A DNA stretch of 48,000 bases, from positions 1 through 48,000 of the IMG/VR virus record IMGVR_UViG_3300033555_000009. One strand, written 5' to 3'. Each line of letters begins with the position of its first letter. Position 1 is the first letter of the stretch. The DNA is from a virus. Taxonomy: Duplodnaviria; Caudoviricetes. The notes under the pieces are model-generated. The model ran no database searches. It was not told where the DNA came from and worked only from the letters and a program-made list of their open reading frames with translations. A program made the position numbers and the translations under genes. Shown in pieces: positions 34,660 to 44,314 of the stretch.

Positions 34660-35040
34660 ATGTCCCAACAGAAACTTATTGATATTGCTGGTGGGCTATT
34701 CGTCCCTACCGTTGTTGTTACCGATGCAGCAGGTAATGCTGTCACTCCTGCGAGCGCTATTGTACCAGCATCCACAAGTGCCATCACTGCCGTAACCTCT
34801 GCCATCGCTGACACTATTATCCTCTCATCGAATGCTGCACGCAAGGGCGCTGTAATCTACAACGAGAGCACAGCAATCCTCTATCTGCGCCTTAGCTCTG
34901 GTGTAGCATCTGCCACAGCCTACAGCGTACAAGTGCCAGCCAACGGTACGTACAAAATTGAGTTGAACGAATACACAGGCATCATCAAAGGTATCTGGGC
35001 AGCAGCTAACGGCTTTGCACGAGTAACCGAGTTCGCATAA
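34660..35040 (+). CDS. small virion beta-sandwich (decoration/spike-base-like) protein
   Basis: N.ARKGA.IYN.S...LYL, YTGII.GIW. Confidence 0.6.
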   Translation: MSQQKLIDIAGGLFVPTVVVTDAAGNAVTPASAIVPASTSAITAVTSAIADTIILSSNAARKGAVIYNESTAILYLRLSSGVASATAYSVQVPANGTYKIELNEYTGIIKGIWAAANGFARVTEFA

Positions 35041-35432
35041 TGTTCTCAGACTTCGACCGAATGGTTGCAGAGATGATGCAAGAGTTTGGCTTCACAACAA
35101 CCTACTACGTCAATGGAAGCCCCGTAGTAAATGACTCCACTGGCACTGTCACCCACACCACTACAGAATACACCATCCAAGCTATTAAGATGGAACTACC
35201 ACGCCCTACTAACGGTGCAGTTAGTAATTCCAACTCCTTAATCCTCGAAGGCGACCAAGTGTTATACGTGCGCCCTGTTGAGAAAGCTGATGAATTTGCC
35301 ACAGCTTTTGTACCCAATCCCACAAGCGACCGAGTATTAATCCAAGGCACTTTGTGGGACGTTATCAGTGTCAAAGAACACAATCCGTCAGCATCAGACA
35401 ACATCCTGTACGAACTCTACGTACGTAAATAA
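35040..35432 (+). CDS. head closure/stopper protein
   Basis: MMQEFG...GD...P.PTSDRVLI.G..W......NP......LYELYVR. Confidence 0.75.
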   Translation: MFSDFDRMVAEMMQEFGFTTTYYVNGSPVVNDSTGTVTHTTTEYTIQAIKMELPRPTNGAVSNSNSLILEGDQVLYVRPVEKADEFATAFVPNPTSDRVLIQGTLWDVISVKEHNPSASDNILYELYVRK

Positions 35433-35444
35433 AGAAAGAATATC

Positions 35445-35843
35445 ATGGCCCTCCAATACTCCGTAGCAGTTAATAACGCCCGCCTTGACGCTGTAGAAGC
35501 CACTATCGCTGCTTCTGCTAAACTTAAAATCTACACTGGTGTAGCTCCTGCCAACTGCGCCGCCGCTGCCACTGGCACCCTGCTGGTTGACATTGCACTC
35601 CCCATTGACTGGATGAACGCAGCAGCTACTAACTCTAAAACAAAGCTTGGCACATGGAGCGCAAGCGCTTCCGCAGCAGGCACAGCAGGCTACTTCCGCA
35701 TCACTGACACAGTAGGTACAGCAGTTGGCCTGCAAGGTACTTGTGGTCAAGGCTCTGGCGACCTCTCGCTGGATAACACTGTTCTGGCATCGGCTCAAGT
35801 AGTTACTGTAAGCGCATTCACACTGAACGCAGCAAACACTTAA
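35445..35843 (+). CDS. fibre subunit, paralog A
   Basis: 132 aa; LKIYTG..P...A.GTLLV, GTAGYFRI; close paralog of 37689..38087. Confidence 0.7.
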   Translation: MALQYSVAVNNARLDAVEATIAASAKLKIYTGVAPANCAAAATGTLLVDIALPIDWMNAAATNSKTKLGTWSASASAAGTAGYFRITDTVGTAVGLQGTCGQGSGDLSLDNTVLASAQVVTVSAFTLNAANT

Positions 35844-35922
35844 TATGTAGGAAGCTGTATTAATGGCATAATCATTAGGAGAAGAGTATGTCATTAAGTG
35901 AAGTGTTTGTCAAGGGGCGCAC

Positions 35923-37404
35923 ATGTCCTTAATGCTTTTATTCCAAGAGGTTGCCAGCGGATCAGTTACAGGCACTTCTAATCTTAGTGAAACTCCTGAT
36001 GCTGTATCTAGTGCAGGACTTGTAGCAGTTTCTAGTACCTCTGGTTTAACTGAGGGCGCTGAAACTACATCTAGTAGCACGGCTGTGTCTGTTACAGGTT
36101 CCGCAACTCTGGGTGAGAGCACAGAGACCACTACAAGCATTGCAACAGCAGCCGTTAATGCAACCTCCAGTGTTGCCGGTACTTCTGACACAAGCTCTGC
36201 CACAGCTACAGCCCTGTCTAGCGGCTCTGCCGCGCTCACTGAGGAAGCTAATACAGCAGTCTCTAGTGGGACAGCAGCGGTCTCAAGCTCTGGCAGCATC
36301 ACTGAGGTAGCAGAAACTACAGCAACATCTGCCAGTAGTCTTATTACGGGTAGCTCGGTAATCACTGAGGCAGCTAATGCAATCAGCGCCTCAGGGGTAG
36401 TGGCTGTTGTATCTAGCTCTAGTAACGCAGAAGTGGCAGACAATGTAAGCTCCTTAGCCACTGGCCCTGTAGCAAGCTCTAGCTCGATAACAGAGGCTGC
36501 TGATAGCACTTCTAGCGCGGCGTCTTCCAGTGCAGTAGGGACAAGCAATAATAACGAGGCTAGTGATACAACTTCCTCCGCAGCTACCACTCCTATCACA
36601 GCAACCTCCAGCGTACCCGGTATAGCCGATTCTGTAGCAGCTACAAGCGCTGTAGAAATAGCTTCCTCGGCTTCGTTGATCGAAGTAGGGGATGGCCTAG
36701 TATCACAAGCTGTAACGCCTGTCAGCACCTCAGCAAACATGGGTGAGTCTGCTGACACAGTATTTGCCACAATCTCGGCAGCAGGGGGCGTCTCAGGCGC
36801 TCTATCCTACACTGAAATCGCGGACACTGCAACAGGTGGTGGGCTGTCAGCAACGTCTGCAATTACTAATGCCACAGAGATTAATGAGACCGTTGCCTCC
36901 AATGCGAGTGTACTGGTAAATGTTGTTGGGACGATTGGCGAGGCAGCAGAGTTGGTAACAGCTACTGCAAATGTCTTATCTAGCGGAACAACAGCCTCTA
37001 CAGAATCAGCAGACTCGTTACAAGGTGTGTCGGCCTCCAGTGTGTCGGCAAACACAGCATACACGGAATCGTCTGACACACTCACAGCAAACACCTCTGG
37101 AAACACTTCCACAGGTACTCTAAACCATGCTGACACTGCTGACTATGCAGTTTCCGCAGCTAACTCGCCTATTTACGCACTGTCCTCTATAACAGAAGCA
37201 TCTGATTCTGTATATGGCTTCGTCGGAGAAATGGTTGCAACACCTTCTTCTGATAGACTGTTCTATGTTATGGCAGAGCGAAGGACTCTCGTGATAGAGA
37301 GTGGTGACAGATTAGCTGTTGTGAGAATGGAAAACAGACGTGCTGGCATTGATAATGAAAACAGAACAAGCGTTATTAACAAGGTGAGAAATAATGGCAA
37401 CTAA
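35923..37404 (+). CDS. Ser/Thr/Ala-rich fibre backbone with about 20 x 21-aa repeats
   Basis: recurrent E-x-x-(D/E/N) at a 21-aa period; Arg-periodic C-terminal segment. Confidence 0.75.
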   Translation: MSLMLLFQEVASGSVTGTSNLSETPDAVSSAGLVAVSSTSGLTEGAETTSSSTAVSVTGSATLGESTETTTSIATAAVNATSSVAGTSDTSSATATALSSGSAALTEEANTAVSSGTAAVSSSGSITEVAETTATSASSLITGSSVITEAANAISASGVVAVVSSSSNAEVADNVSSLATGPVASSSSITEAADSTSSAASSSAVGTSNNNEASDTTSSAATTPITATSSVPGIADSVAATSAVEIASSASLIEVGDGLVSQAVTPVSTSANMGESADTVFATISAAGGVSGALSYTEIADTATGGGLSATSAITNATEINETVASNASVLVNVVGTIGEAAELVTATANVLSSGTTASTESADSLQGVSASSVSANTAYTESSDTLTANTSGNTSTGTLNHADTADYAVSAANSPIYALSSITEASDSVYGFVGEMVATPSSDRLFYVMAERRTLVIESGDRLAVVRMENRRAGIDNENRTSVINKVRNNGN

Positions 37405-37684
37405 ATTTGAGTATGACCACGCCGTTAATGCCACTTTGGATTATGGCTTTAACTGGGCAGCTAAGGGTTGGCTCCTCGCAGGGGAAACTATAACATCTAG
37501 CTTATGGACAATCCCCGTAGGGCTGACATTAGTGTCACAACAAAACACAGGGACTGTAACAACAGTTTTTGTGTCGGGCGGCGTAGCAAACAATGTGTAC
37601 GAGATTACGAACACAATTACTACGAATAGTGCAACTCCACGAGTGGATAGTCGCACGATCAAACTATCTTGCAAGAAGCGGTGA
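37394..37684 (+). CDS. fibre adaptor/collar-like protein
   Basis: LDYGFNW...WL..GETI.SS.W...VSGG....Y.ITN.ITT....R.DSRT. Confidence 0.65.
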   Translation: MATKFEYDHAVNATLDYGFNWAAKGWLLAGETITSSLWTIPVGLTLVSQQNTGTVTTVFVSGGVANNVYEITNTITTNSATPRVDSRTIKLSCKKR

Positions 37685-37688
37685 TTGA

Positions 37689-38087
37689 ATGGCTATTCAA
37701 ATTTCCTCAGCAGTAAATAACGCCTGTCTTGATGTAATTGAAACTGTGATTGGTACTTCTGCAAAGCTTCGTATCTATAGCGGAACGCAGCCTGCAAGTT
37801 GTGCTGCTGTTGCCTCTGGTAGTTTGCTCGTAGATATTTCCTTGCCGCTTGATTGGATGAGCGTAGCTGTTGGTAACTATAAGGCTAAGCTTGGTACATG
37901 GAGTGCCCCAGCATATGCAGCAGGTACAGCAGGACATTTCCGTATTACAGATTCTACAGGAACTACGGTAGGTATGCAAGGGTCAGTAGGTTTGGGTAAT
38001 GGCGACCTCTCCCTTGATGACATTACATTCGATGTGGGGCAAGTCGTAACAGTAACCAGCTTCACAACATTCGCAGCAAACACTTAA
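37689..38087 (+). CDS. fibre subunit, paralog B
   Basis: 132 aa, colinear with 35445..35843. Confidence 0.7.
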   Translation: MAIQISSAVNNACLDVIETVIGTSAKLRIYSGTQPASCAAVASGSLLVDISLPLDWMSVAVGNYKAKLGTWSAPAYAAGTAGHFRITDSTGTTVGMQGSVGLGNGDLSLDDITFDVGQVVTVTSFTTFAANT

Positions 38088-38106
38088 TCAATTAAGTAGG
38101 TACATT

Positions 38107-40896
38107 ATGGCAGCTATTGAAATTGGGTCAGAGATTACGACCGTCACACTCCAAAATACAAGCGCCGTTACGAAGACGCAGGAGCCGATTACTTTTGGGC
38201 ATGTATTTCAAGTGGGGCATCTCCCAACTTACAATGTTGCTGTAGAGCTTCGCTCGCCAGCGGGTGTAAGTGTACCTTGCCAGATTGATGTCAAGAATAC
38301 GTACCCTGATGGCTCTGTGAAGCACGCTATCATATCTTCGCTGATCCCTATCACTGGGTCTGCCCGAGACCTTTACAGCCTCCGTAGGGCGGCTATAGGG
38401 CCGGTTGCAGCAGCGCCTAAGCCAGCGGACTTCGCAGGACTGAGCGCATCTGTTGTGTTGACCGACACAGGTGTGGACGTTAGTGGCCCAATCACAGGTA
38501 CTTCATATGTTGCTGACGCTGCTGCGAAGCTGGCGTCTGGGCAGTATGAAACTTGGCTGTCTGGAGCTATTGTGAGTGAGTGGATTGTTCGCCTTCCACT
38601 GATGTCTACCAATGGCGTAGAGAATCCCGACTTGCACGCTCGCGTATGGATTCGCGCCTACGCAGGTATTAACCGTGCGCGCATTGACTACTCTATAGAG
38701 AACAACTGGGCCAAGCCTAAAGCAGCCCCCGTAAGGGGTGGTAGTCCTTGGGAGAATGTCAACATCACGGAGAAAGTTTACCGCTTTAGCTTGAAAGCTG
38801 GTGACACAACTGTGCTCACACGTAGTGTAGTAGGTACTCAAGTAACTAAGCTTAGTTACAACCGTCAAGGCACTTACGATGGTAATGCCACAGGACTTCC
38901 TAATGACGCCACAGTTTATACAGCCACAATTATTGTAGACGGTGTTGCAAAGATTACCTCCGTCATTGGATCAGCGGCACAGAACTACGGACAACTGCGC
39001 GCCGCGCTTAATGCTCAAATGGGAGGCGTTGCCACAGTAGATATGGATGGTAGCCGCCAAGGTTTGCTGTTTAAGTCTGCCACAAAGGGTGCTGCCTCTA
39101 GTGTTGTGATTTCCTACGGTACGTTGTTCCCAGCTTTGGGCCATGTCCAACTGTATCGCCCGATGTTTGGTGATGAAGTCTCTCATGGCTCTAGTACGCG
39201 CTGGAAAAAGACTTTCTGGTGGGGCGCTACCTCCACTATCCACGTAGAGCACAACATAGAATACCTGAAAGCCACAGGCGCAATTCCTAATTATGATCCG
39301 ACACTGGTTGGCGACAACGCCACCATAGCGGCTAAGTTGGCTGTCATGCTTGCTAATGAGGACATCAACTGTAACGGTATTACGAAAGCTTATTTCGGTG
39401 ATGTAGGATTTGCTCCGGGTATTGGTATCTTGCCTGAGTGGACGGCTATGTACTTAGTCAATCAGAGCCCAAGCGCCAAATACGTAATGCTCAAGCAAGC
39501 AGACTTAGCTGGCGGTTGGGCAGTAAACTTACGGGACTTTAAGACAGACCTTCCTATCAGCTTCACTGACTGGCCTTACGTTACTAGCTCACCTAATGTG
39601 GGTGATAGTCTTAATTGGTCTACAGGTCTGTTTGAAAAGCTGCCTGTGCCTACGAGTGCTGGAACGATTCCGGGGGGCTTCAACCAACCTGATACAGCAC
39701 ACTGCCCTGACTTCTTCACCATCCCCTACCTGCTATCTGGCGACCACTTCTATTTAGAAGGTCAGTTATTCTACCAGCGTTATACGTCTTGGAGTGGGAA
39801 TTCGCATTCTGACTACCGCAACGGTGGTAAGTGTCTGTGGTGGCGCGACCAAGTAAGGTCGCAAGCGTGGTCTATGAGGACAGCATTGCACACACACTAC
39901 ATTCTACCAGATAATCATCCTCTGAAGGCTGACGTTGCAAATATCCTTGAACAGAATCGTCTGTGGTACACGGCAAACTACTTAGTAGAGAATGCGCCAG
40001 AGCGTAATGAACTAGGTGCTCTCGTTCATATGGGTGCCACCATCTACGCTGGTAATATTGGTGTTGGGCAGTTTCAAGATGACTTTAAGACTTCTGTTGT
40101 AGGCCGCGCACTGGAGTTAGGATACGAAGAATGGCGCCCTTACTTCGATTTTAAGACTAAGTTTCCTGTAGGGCGCTTGACATCCGGCCCGGACTTCTGT
40201 TGGCAACTTGGTGGCTCTAATATGTGGCTGAATGTTCGTAGCGTCCCAAGCGGCCCTATTCATCCGACATTTAAGCAAGTTTACACTGGCACATTCAGTC
40301 CAACGATCACAAGCGCTCAGTGTGGTTCACAAGCTATGACTACAGCAATGGCGTCACTGGAAGGCTCGCGCCCTGTGTTGAACAGTATGGCAGGATACCC
40401 TGATATTATTGGTGGCTACCCTTCTAACATGCAGCCAGCAGTGGCTTATGCAGCTTCTTTTAACGCTGCCGGTGGAGAAGATTCTTGGCTAGTGTTTAAT
40501 AGCCGCAGTGTCAAGCCAAACTACAATCTGGGACCACAGTTTGCGATTGTACCTAGAGAGCCAAAGGTTGTGGCACCATTGGAACCTCCTCCGGTTGTTC
40601 AGCCCCCTGTTGTTGTGACGCCTGTACCCACTACACCACCTATTGTAAAGCCACCTACTGTGCTTGAACCCCGGTCTGTAATTATTACTAACACCGTGTT
40701 GGCGAATCTTACAGGTTTGTCAGTCATCCTCACTAAAACTACTAAGACGTTCTTGCATATGAATTTGTCTGCTAGTGCCACAGGCGAGCTTAGGATTAAA
40801 GATTCTAGGTTTGTTAAAGGTGACAAGTACAAGTGCGTCGTGATTAACGCCGCTGGTACTACCTTGGCTACAGAGACACCTATTCAAGTTGTATAA
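38107..40896 (+). CDS. large virion-associated putative polysaccharide lyase/hydrolase (PcRGLX/YetA-like)
   Basis: PITFG..F..G, Q.DVK..YPDGS.KHA N-terminus; D.AH.P....PYLLSGD..YLE, QVRSQAW helical domain; Pro-rich linker. Confidence 0.55.
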   Translation: MAAIEIGSEITTVTLQNTSAVTKTQEPITFGHVFQVGHLPTYNVAVELRSPAGVSVPCQIDVKNTYPDGSVKHAIISSLIPITGSARDLYSLRRAAIGPVAAAPKPADFAGLSASVVLTDTGVDVSGPITGTSYVADAAAKLASGQYETWLSGAIVSEWIVRLPLMSTNGVENPDLHARVWIRAYAGINRARIDYSIENNWAKPKAAPVRGGSPWENVNITEKVYRFSLKAGDTTVLTRSVVGTQVTKLSYNRQGTYDGNATGLPNDATVYTATIIVDGVAKITSVIGSAAQNYGQLRAALNAQMGGVATVDMDGSRQGLLFKSATKGAASSVVISYGTLFPALGHVQLYRPMFGDEVSHGSSTRWKKTFWWGATSTIHVEHNIEYLKATGAIPNYDPTLVGDNATIAAKLAVMLANEDINCNGITKAYFGDVGFAPGIGILPEWTAMYLVNQSPSAKYVMLKQADLAGGWAVNLRDFKTDLPISFTDWPYVTSSPNVGDSLNWSTGLFEKLPVPTSAGTIPGGFNQPDTAHCPDFFTIPYLLSGDHFYLEGQLFYQRYTSWSGNSHSDYRNGGKCLWWRDQVRSQAWSMRTALHTHYILPDNHPLKADVANILEQNRLWYTANYLVENAPERNELGALVHMGATIYAGNIGVGQFQDDFKTSVVGRALELGYEEWRPYFDFKTKFPVGRLTSGPDFCWQLGGSNMWLNVRSVPSGPIHPTFKQVYTGTFSPTITSAQCGSQAMTTAMASLEGSRPVLNSMAGYPDIIGGYPSNMQPAVAYAASFNAAGGEDSWLVFNSRSVKPNYNLGPQFAIVPREPKVVAPLEPPPVVQPPVVVTPVPTTPPIVKPPTVLEPRSVIITNTVLANLTGLSVILTKTTKTFLHMNLSASATGELRIKDSRFVKGDKYKCVVINAAGTTLATETPIQVV

Positions 40897-40918
40897 CATA
40901 ATTAAATTGGAAGAATAA

Positions 40919-43378
40919 ATGGCGACAACTCTTCAGGACTCATTCACCGATACCGATGGCGTTCGGCTGGATGCCCACACAGGTGAACTTGGTGCGACTT
41001 GGACGCCAGTATCTACTTTTGGCGGGACACTCAAGCCCGCAGTTTTTGCCAACCGGATGCGTGGTGCTGACGCGGGCGACAGTTTTTGGATGGCATCCGG
41101 TATAGCAGATGCTGATGGTGAGTCTACCACAATTAACTTGTTCAGGCACGATGGCGCAGCGGTAGCAGTAGGCTGCTTAATCCGAGCAAACTCAACCTCC
41201 AATTCCTACTACTGGGCGTTTTGGCACTCGGGCGGCCTGTTCAGGATATACAAAACTATCGGTGCGGGCAATGCCGGTGTTGGTGTCAATGTAGCTTCAA
41301 CTACTATTGCCATGCCAGCGGGCGCTTTTTCGCTCAAATTAAAGGCGACAGGGACTGGCGCTACTGTATTGGTTGAGCTATTCATAAATAGCAATGTAAC
41401 TGCGGACCTTAGCTACTCAGATGTCGCCGCCGACCGCCTCACTGTACCGGGTAAGAGTGGGTTGTACTTTGGCGAGGCTTCGGGGGGGACTACGGGCGTA
41501 CACGTTGACTCTATTACGATGTCCACTGCGGCGGCAAGCTCCACACTATCTTTCACAACTCCGGTAGCAGGGCGTATACATCAACGTGTCGGTTCTACAG
41601 GAACCGTCAAGGCTAGTGGTAGCTACACTGGAACGCCCACCTCAATTGAAGCCCGCCTTGTTGCGGACGGCACGAACACACCAATTACAGGTTTTGACTG
41701 GTCAGTTAAGGTTGCCACCCCTACTGGTGGTGCGTTCACATTCACATTCCCAACCGCTCCGATGGATGTTTGGTTTAATGTGCAAATGCGGGATAGCGCC
41801 ATACCGGGCACGGTCTACACATCTGGAAAAACAGGTGTAGGTAGGTTATACGCATCAATTGGTCAAAGTAACGCCCGAGACTTTATGTACTTCGGTTCTA
41901 ACACACTTGTACCTGACGCACGAACACGCGCCCACGGGTACATAGTTAAGGAGCCTGCGGGCGCTGGCCCACTACAAACTTGGGTCTCCCCTAACCCTGC
42001 TGATGCAGAGGGTGCTATTACTTTCAGCAATGCACTCGCTGTTGCGCACAACGGTCTTGTTGGCTATCTGGACCTTGCTGTATCAGGCACCGGCCTTGGC
42101 ACCGATTGGCTACCATCTAGCGCAACCAGTTACGCCCGCTTCCGAGATGCCGTACTTGCGTTGGAAGGTAAAATCGAAGGCGCATTCTGGATTCAAGGGG
42201 AGAATGATGCAAACTCCGGTGTTACCGAGGCGACCTATTATGCTAACCTTGGCACACTGTTCTCTAATATACGCACTGACTTTGGGCAACCTACTTTACC
42301 TATTGTTTTGGTCACGCTTCACGCAATCCCGCTCGCCAACTACGCTACAGATGCCAACATGCAGGCAATTCGTCGCGCACAGGTAAGTAAGTGCGCAGAC
42401 GCAAATGTTTACCGTGTGGATAGGATTGATGTCCCGGTTGGCGCAGACAATATACACCACTCGACGGCGGGCTTCGCTACACTTGGTGCCCGTGTTGCGC
42501 ATGTGTTTAAGTTCATTGCGGGGTTGTCAACATTCTACCGTGGACCTAGTATTTCCTCTGTCGTAAAAGTTAATCCCACAACTTTTGACATTAACTTACT
42601 ACATAGTGGTGGTACGGATTTTACTCCAATTTCTGCTATAACAGGAATAAGGGCGCTTGATGGAGCTACACCTGTTGCCGTGTCTAGTGCAGCTAGGCAG
42701 ACAGCCACAGCAGTTCGTGTCGTGCTTGCAAGCGCCCCTGCTGCCTTGCCTACGATTCAGAACTTGTTCGGTGTTACACCAGACTACAGCGGTGTAGTTA
42801 AGGATAACTCAGCACTGGCCTTACCTCTAGAATGGAATAATGGGGTTGTAGCCACTGAAGGGTCTGCCACGTCTACAGGGAGTGCCAACCTAACAGAAGC
42901 TTCTAATACACTGACTGCAACAGCCACGGTTGTTGTAAGTGGCTCTGTCACCGCAACAGCAAACATCACGTTAGGCAGTTGTACAGTGGTGGGGGTGGGG
43001 ACAGCAAGTGTCAACACACTTGAGATTCCTTCCAACATTGTAAGTAGTGGAAGGCTCTTAACTCCAGCAGTGCGTCTATTGGAAGCAACAGGCAGTACGT
43101 TAAGATTTATTCGAGGTAGTCAGCAAGAGTTGCTACTCTATAACACAGGTGCAAGCGCAGTAACTGTCACTATCAGAGGCTCTGAAGCCACCTCTATCTC
43201 CGTACGCGGGGCTATTGGACAAGCATTCGAGGTATCCACAGGGTTTGTTATTATGGTACCAGCTTATCAGTTTGTAGTTGCTAAGATGGACCCAGCTTAT
43301 GAATACCTAATAGGTAACATCAACATAACAGCATCCGTAGCAGGCGTATTGTCAGTGGCGCTATTCTCAGCCTTCTAA
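40919..43378 (+). CDS. virion SGNH O-acetylesterase (sialate O-acetylesterase/CE6-like) fusion protein
   Basis: GQSNA, WIQGENDA and DNIH blocks; N-terminal lectin-like domain; C-terminus homologous to 44315..44677. Confidence 0.8.
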   Translation: MATTLQDSFTDTDGVRLDAHTGELGATWTPVSTFGGTLKPAVFANRMRGADAGDSFWMASGIADADGESTTINLFRHDGAAVAVGCLIRANSTSNSYYWAFWHSGGLFRIYKTIGAGNAGVGVNVASTTIAMPAGAFSLKLKATGTGATVLVELFINSNVTADLSYSDVAADRLTVPGKSGLYFGEASGGTTGVHVDSITMSTAAASSTLSFTTPVAGRIHQRVGSTGTVKASGSYTGTPTSIEARLVADGTNTPITGFDWSVKVATPTGGAFTFTFPTAPMDVWFNVQMRDSAIPGTVYTSGKTGVGRLYASIGQSNARDFMYFGSNTLVPDARTRAHGYIVKEPAGAGPLQTWVSPNPADAEGAITFSNALAVAHNGLVGYLDLAVSGTGLGTDWLPSSATSYARFRDAVLALEGKIEGAFWIQGENDANSGVTEATYYANLGTLFSNIRTDFGQPTLPIVLVTLHAIPLANYATDANMQAIRRAQVSKCADANVYRVDRIDVPVGADNIHHSTAGFATLGARVAHVFKFIAGLSTFYRGPSISSVVKVNPTTFDINLLHSGGTDFTPISAITGIRALDGATPVAVSSAARQTATAVRVVLASAPAALPTIQNLFGVTPDYSGVVKDNSALALPLEWNNGVVATEGSATSTGSANLTEASNTLTATATVVVSGSVTATANITLGSCTVVGVGTASVNTLEIPSNIVSSGRLLTPAVRLLEATGSTLRFIRGSQQELLLYNTGASAVTVTIRGSEATSISVRGAIGQAFEVSTGFVIMVPAYQFVVAKMDPAYEYLIGNINITASVAGVLSVALFSAF

Positions 43379-43390
43379 TTCCGATAACAC

Positions 43391-43419
43391 TTGACTTTTA
43401 CGCACTTCTGTGCTATAAT
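43391..43419 (+). promoter_or_regulatory. late-region promoter (tail operon)
   Basis: TTGACT-N17-TATAAT, closely similar to 29220-29248. Confidence 0.75.
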
Positions 43420-43444
43420 AGCTTTTAATTGAGAAAGCAAATAT

Positions 43445-43888
43445 ATGGACTTTGGAGCGCAAATTAAAGCTTGGGAAGATAAAGCTAATGCAGCCATGAA
43501 CACAGGTGTTTGCAAAGCATTTGAGTCGTTAGGCGTAGACTTAGTAAAACTGACAGGGGATATGCGTGTAGGGGGCTTCTCTAACGGAGACATGGCTAAT
43601 AACTGGCACGTTTCTGTAGGAGGAGCCACTATGGTTGTTCCTAACGGGCCTGACCTAGCAGGGGCAGCAAGCTTGGCGCGTATCAGGCGCTTGGCAACTG
43701 AGCAAGTATTCTTTAAGAAGGATAGTGTTGTTTTCCTTACTAACGTTATGGGGTATGCGTACAGGGCCGACGTTCTAGGTTGGAAGGACATTAGCCAAAG
43801 CACTAACGGGTGGCGCTGGTCGGGAACAGTCGGAGCTTATGGGTTTACCACTACGGCTATTAACAATTTGAAGGGTAAATACTTTTGA
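43445..43888 (+). CDS. tail completion/neck protein (HK97 gp10-like)
   Basis: position; G...NNW.VS, FLTN...YA. Confidence 0.7.
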   Translation: MDFGAQIKAWEDKANAAMNTGVCKAFESLGVDLVKLTGDMRVGGFSNGDMANNWHVSVGGATMVVPNGPDLAGAASLARIRRLATEQVFFKKDSVVFLTNVMGYAYRADVLGWKDISQSTNGWRWSGTVGAYGFTTTAINNLKGKYF

Positions 43889-44298
43889 GTCAAATTTTTA
43901 TTAGGGCAAAGTTTATGCGGGCACTAGCAGCATACGCGACAGCACATTCCCCAGTTCTTACAATCTCCCGCGAAGGCGCTCCCTTCTCCCCACCTTCAGA
44001 TGGCAGCACGTTTCTAGAAGCCCTCCTACTACCTGCTGACACACAAGTGGCTACGTTAGGCGGCTCTCGTAGACGATTTTTCGGAAGCTTCCAAATAAAC
44101 ATTTGGGCCAAAGATAATATTGGAACCGGTGCTACTGAAACGATTGCAGAAGAAATTGCACAGTTATTTCCTGTGTTCCCTAAGACATTGTTCCCAGTGT
44201 CTGTCGAAACTCCTGCCAGTGTTAAGCGACCTATCGTTGAGAATGGCTGGCGCGTTTTACCCGTAATTATAAACTACCGCTATGAAGCGGACAACTAA
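43885..44298 (+). CDS. tail terminator protein
   Basis: F.PP....FL...LLPA.T, G.FQINI...G.G...AEEI..LFP, PV.I.YR. Confidence 0.75.
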   Translation: MSQIFIRAKFMRALAAYATAHSPVLTISREGAPFSPPSDGSTFLEALLLPADTQVATLGGSRRRFFGSFQINIWAKDNIGTGATETIAEEIAQLFPVFPKTLFPVSVETPASVKRPIVENGWRVLPVIINYRYEADN

Positions 44299-44314
44299 TA
44301 TCTAAGGAAATAAC

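Noticed and set aside
35910-36770. 286-aa minus-strand ORF
   Set aside because: Antisense shadow of the low-complexity fibre gene
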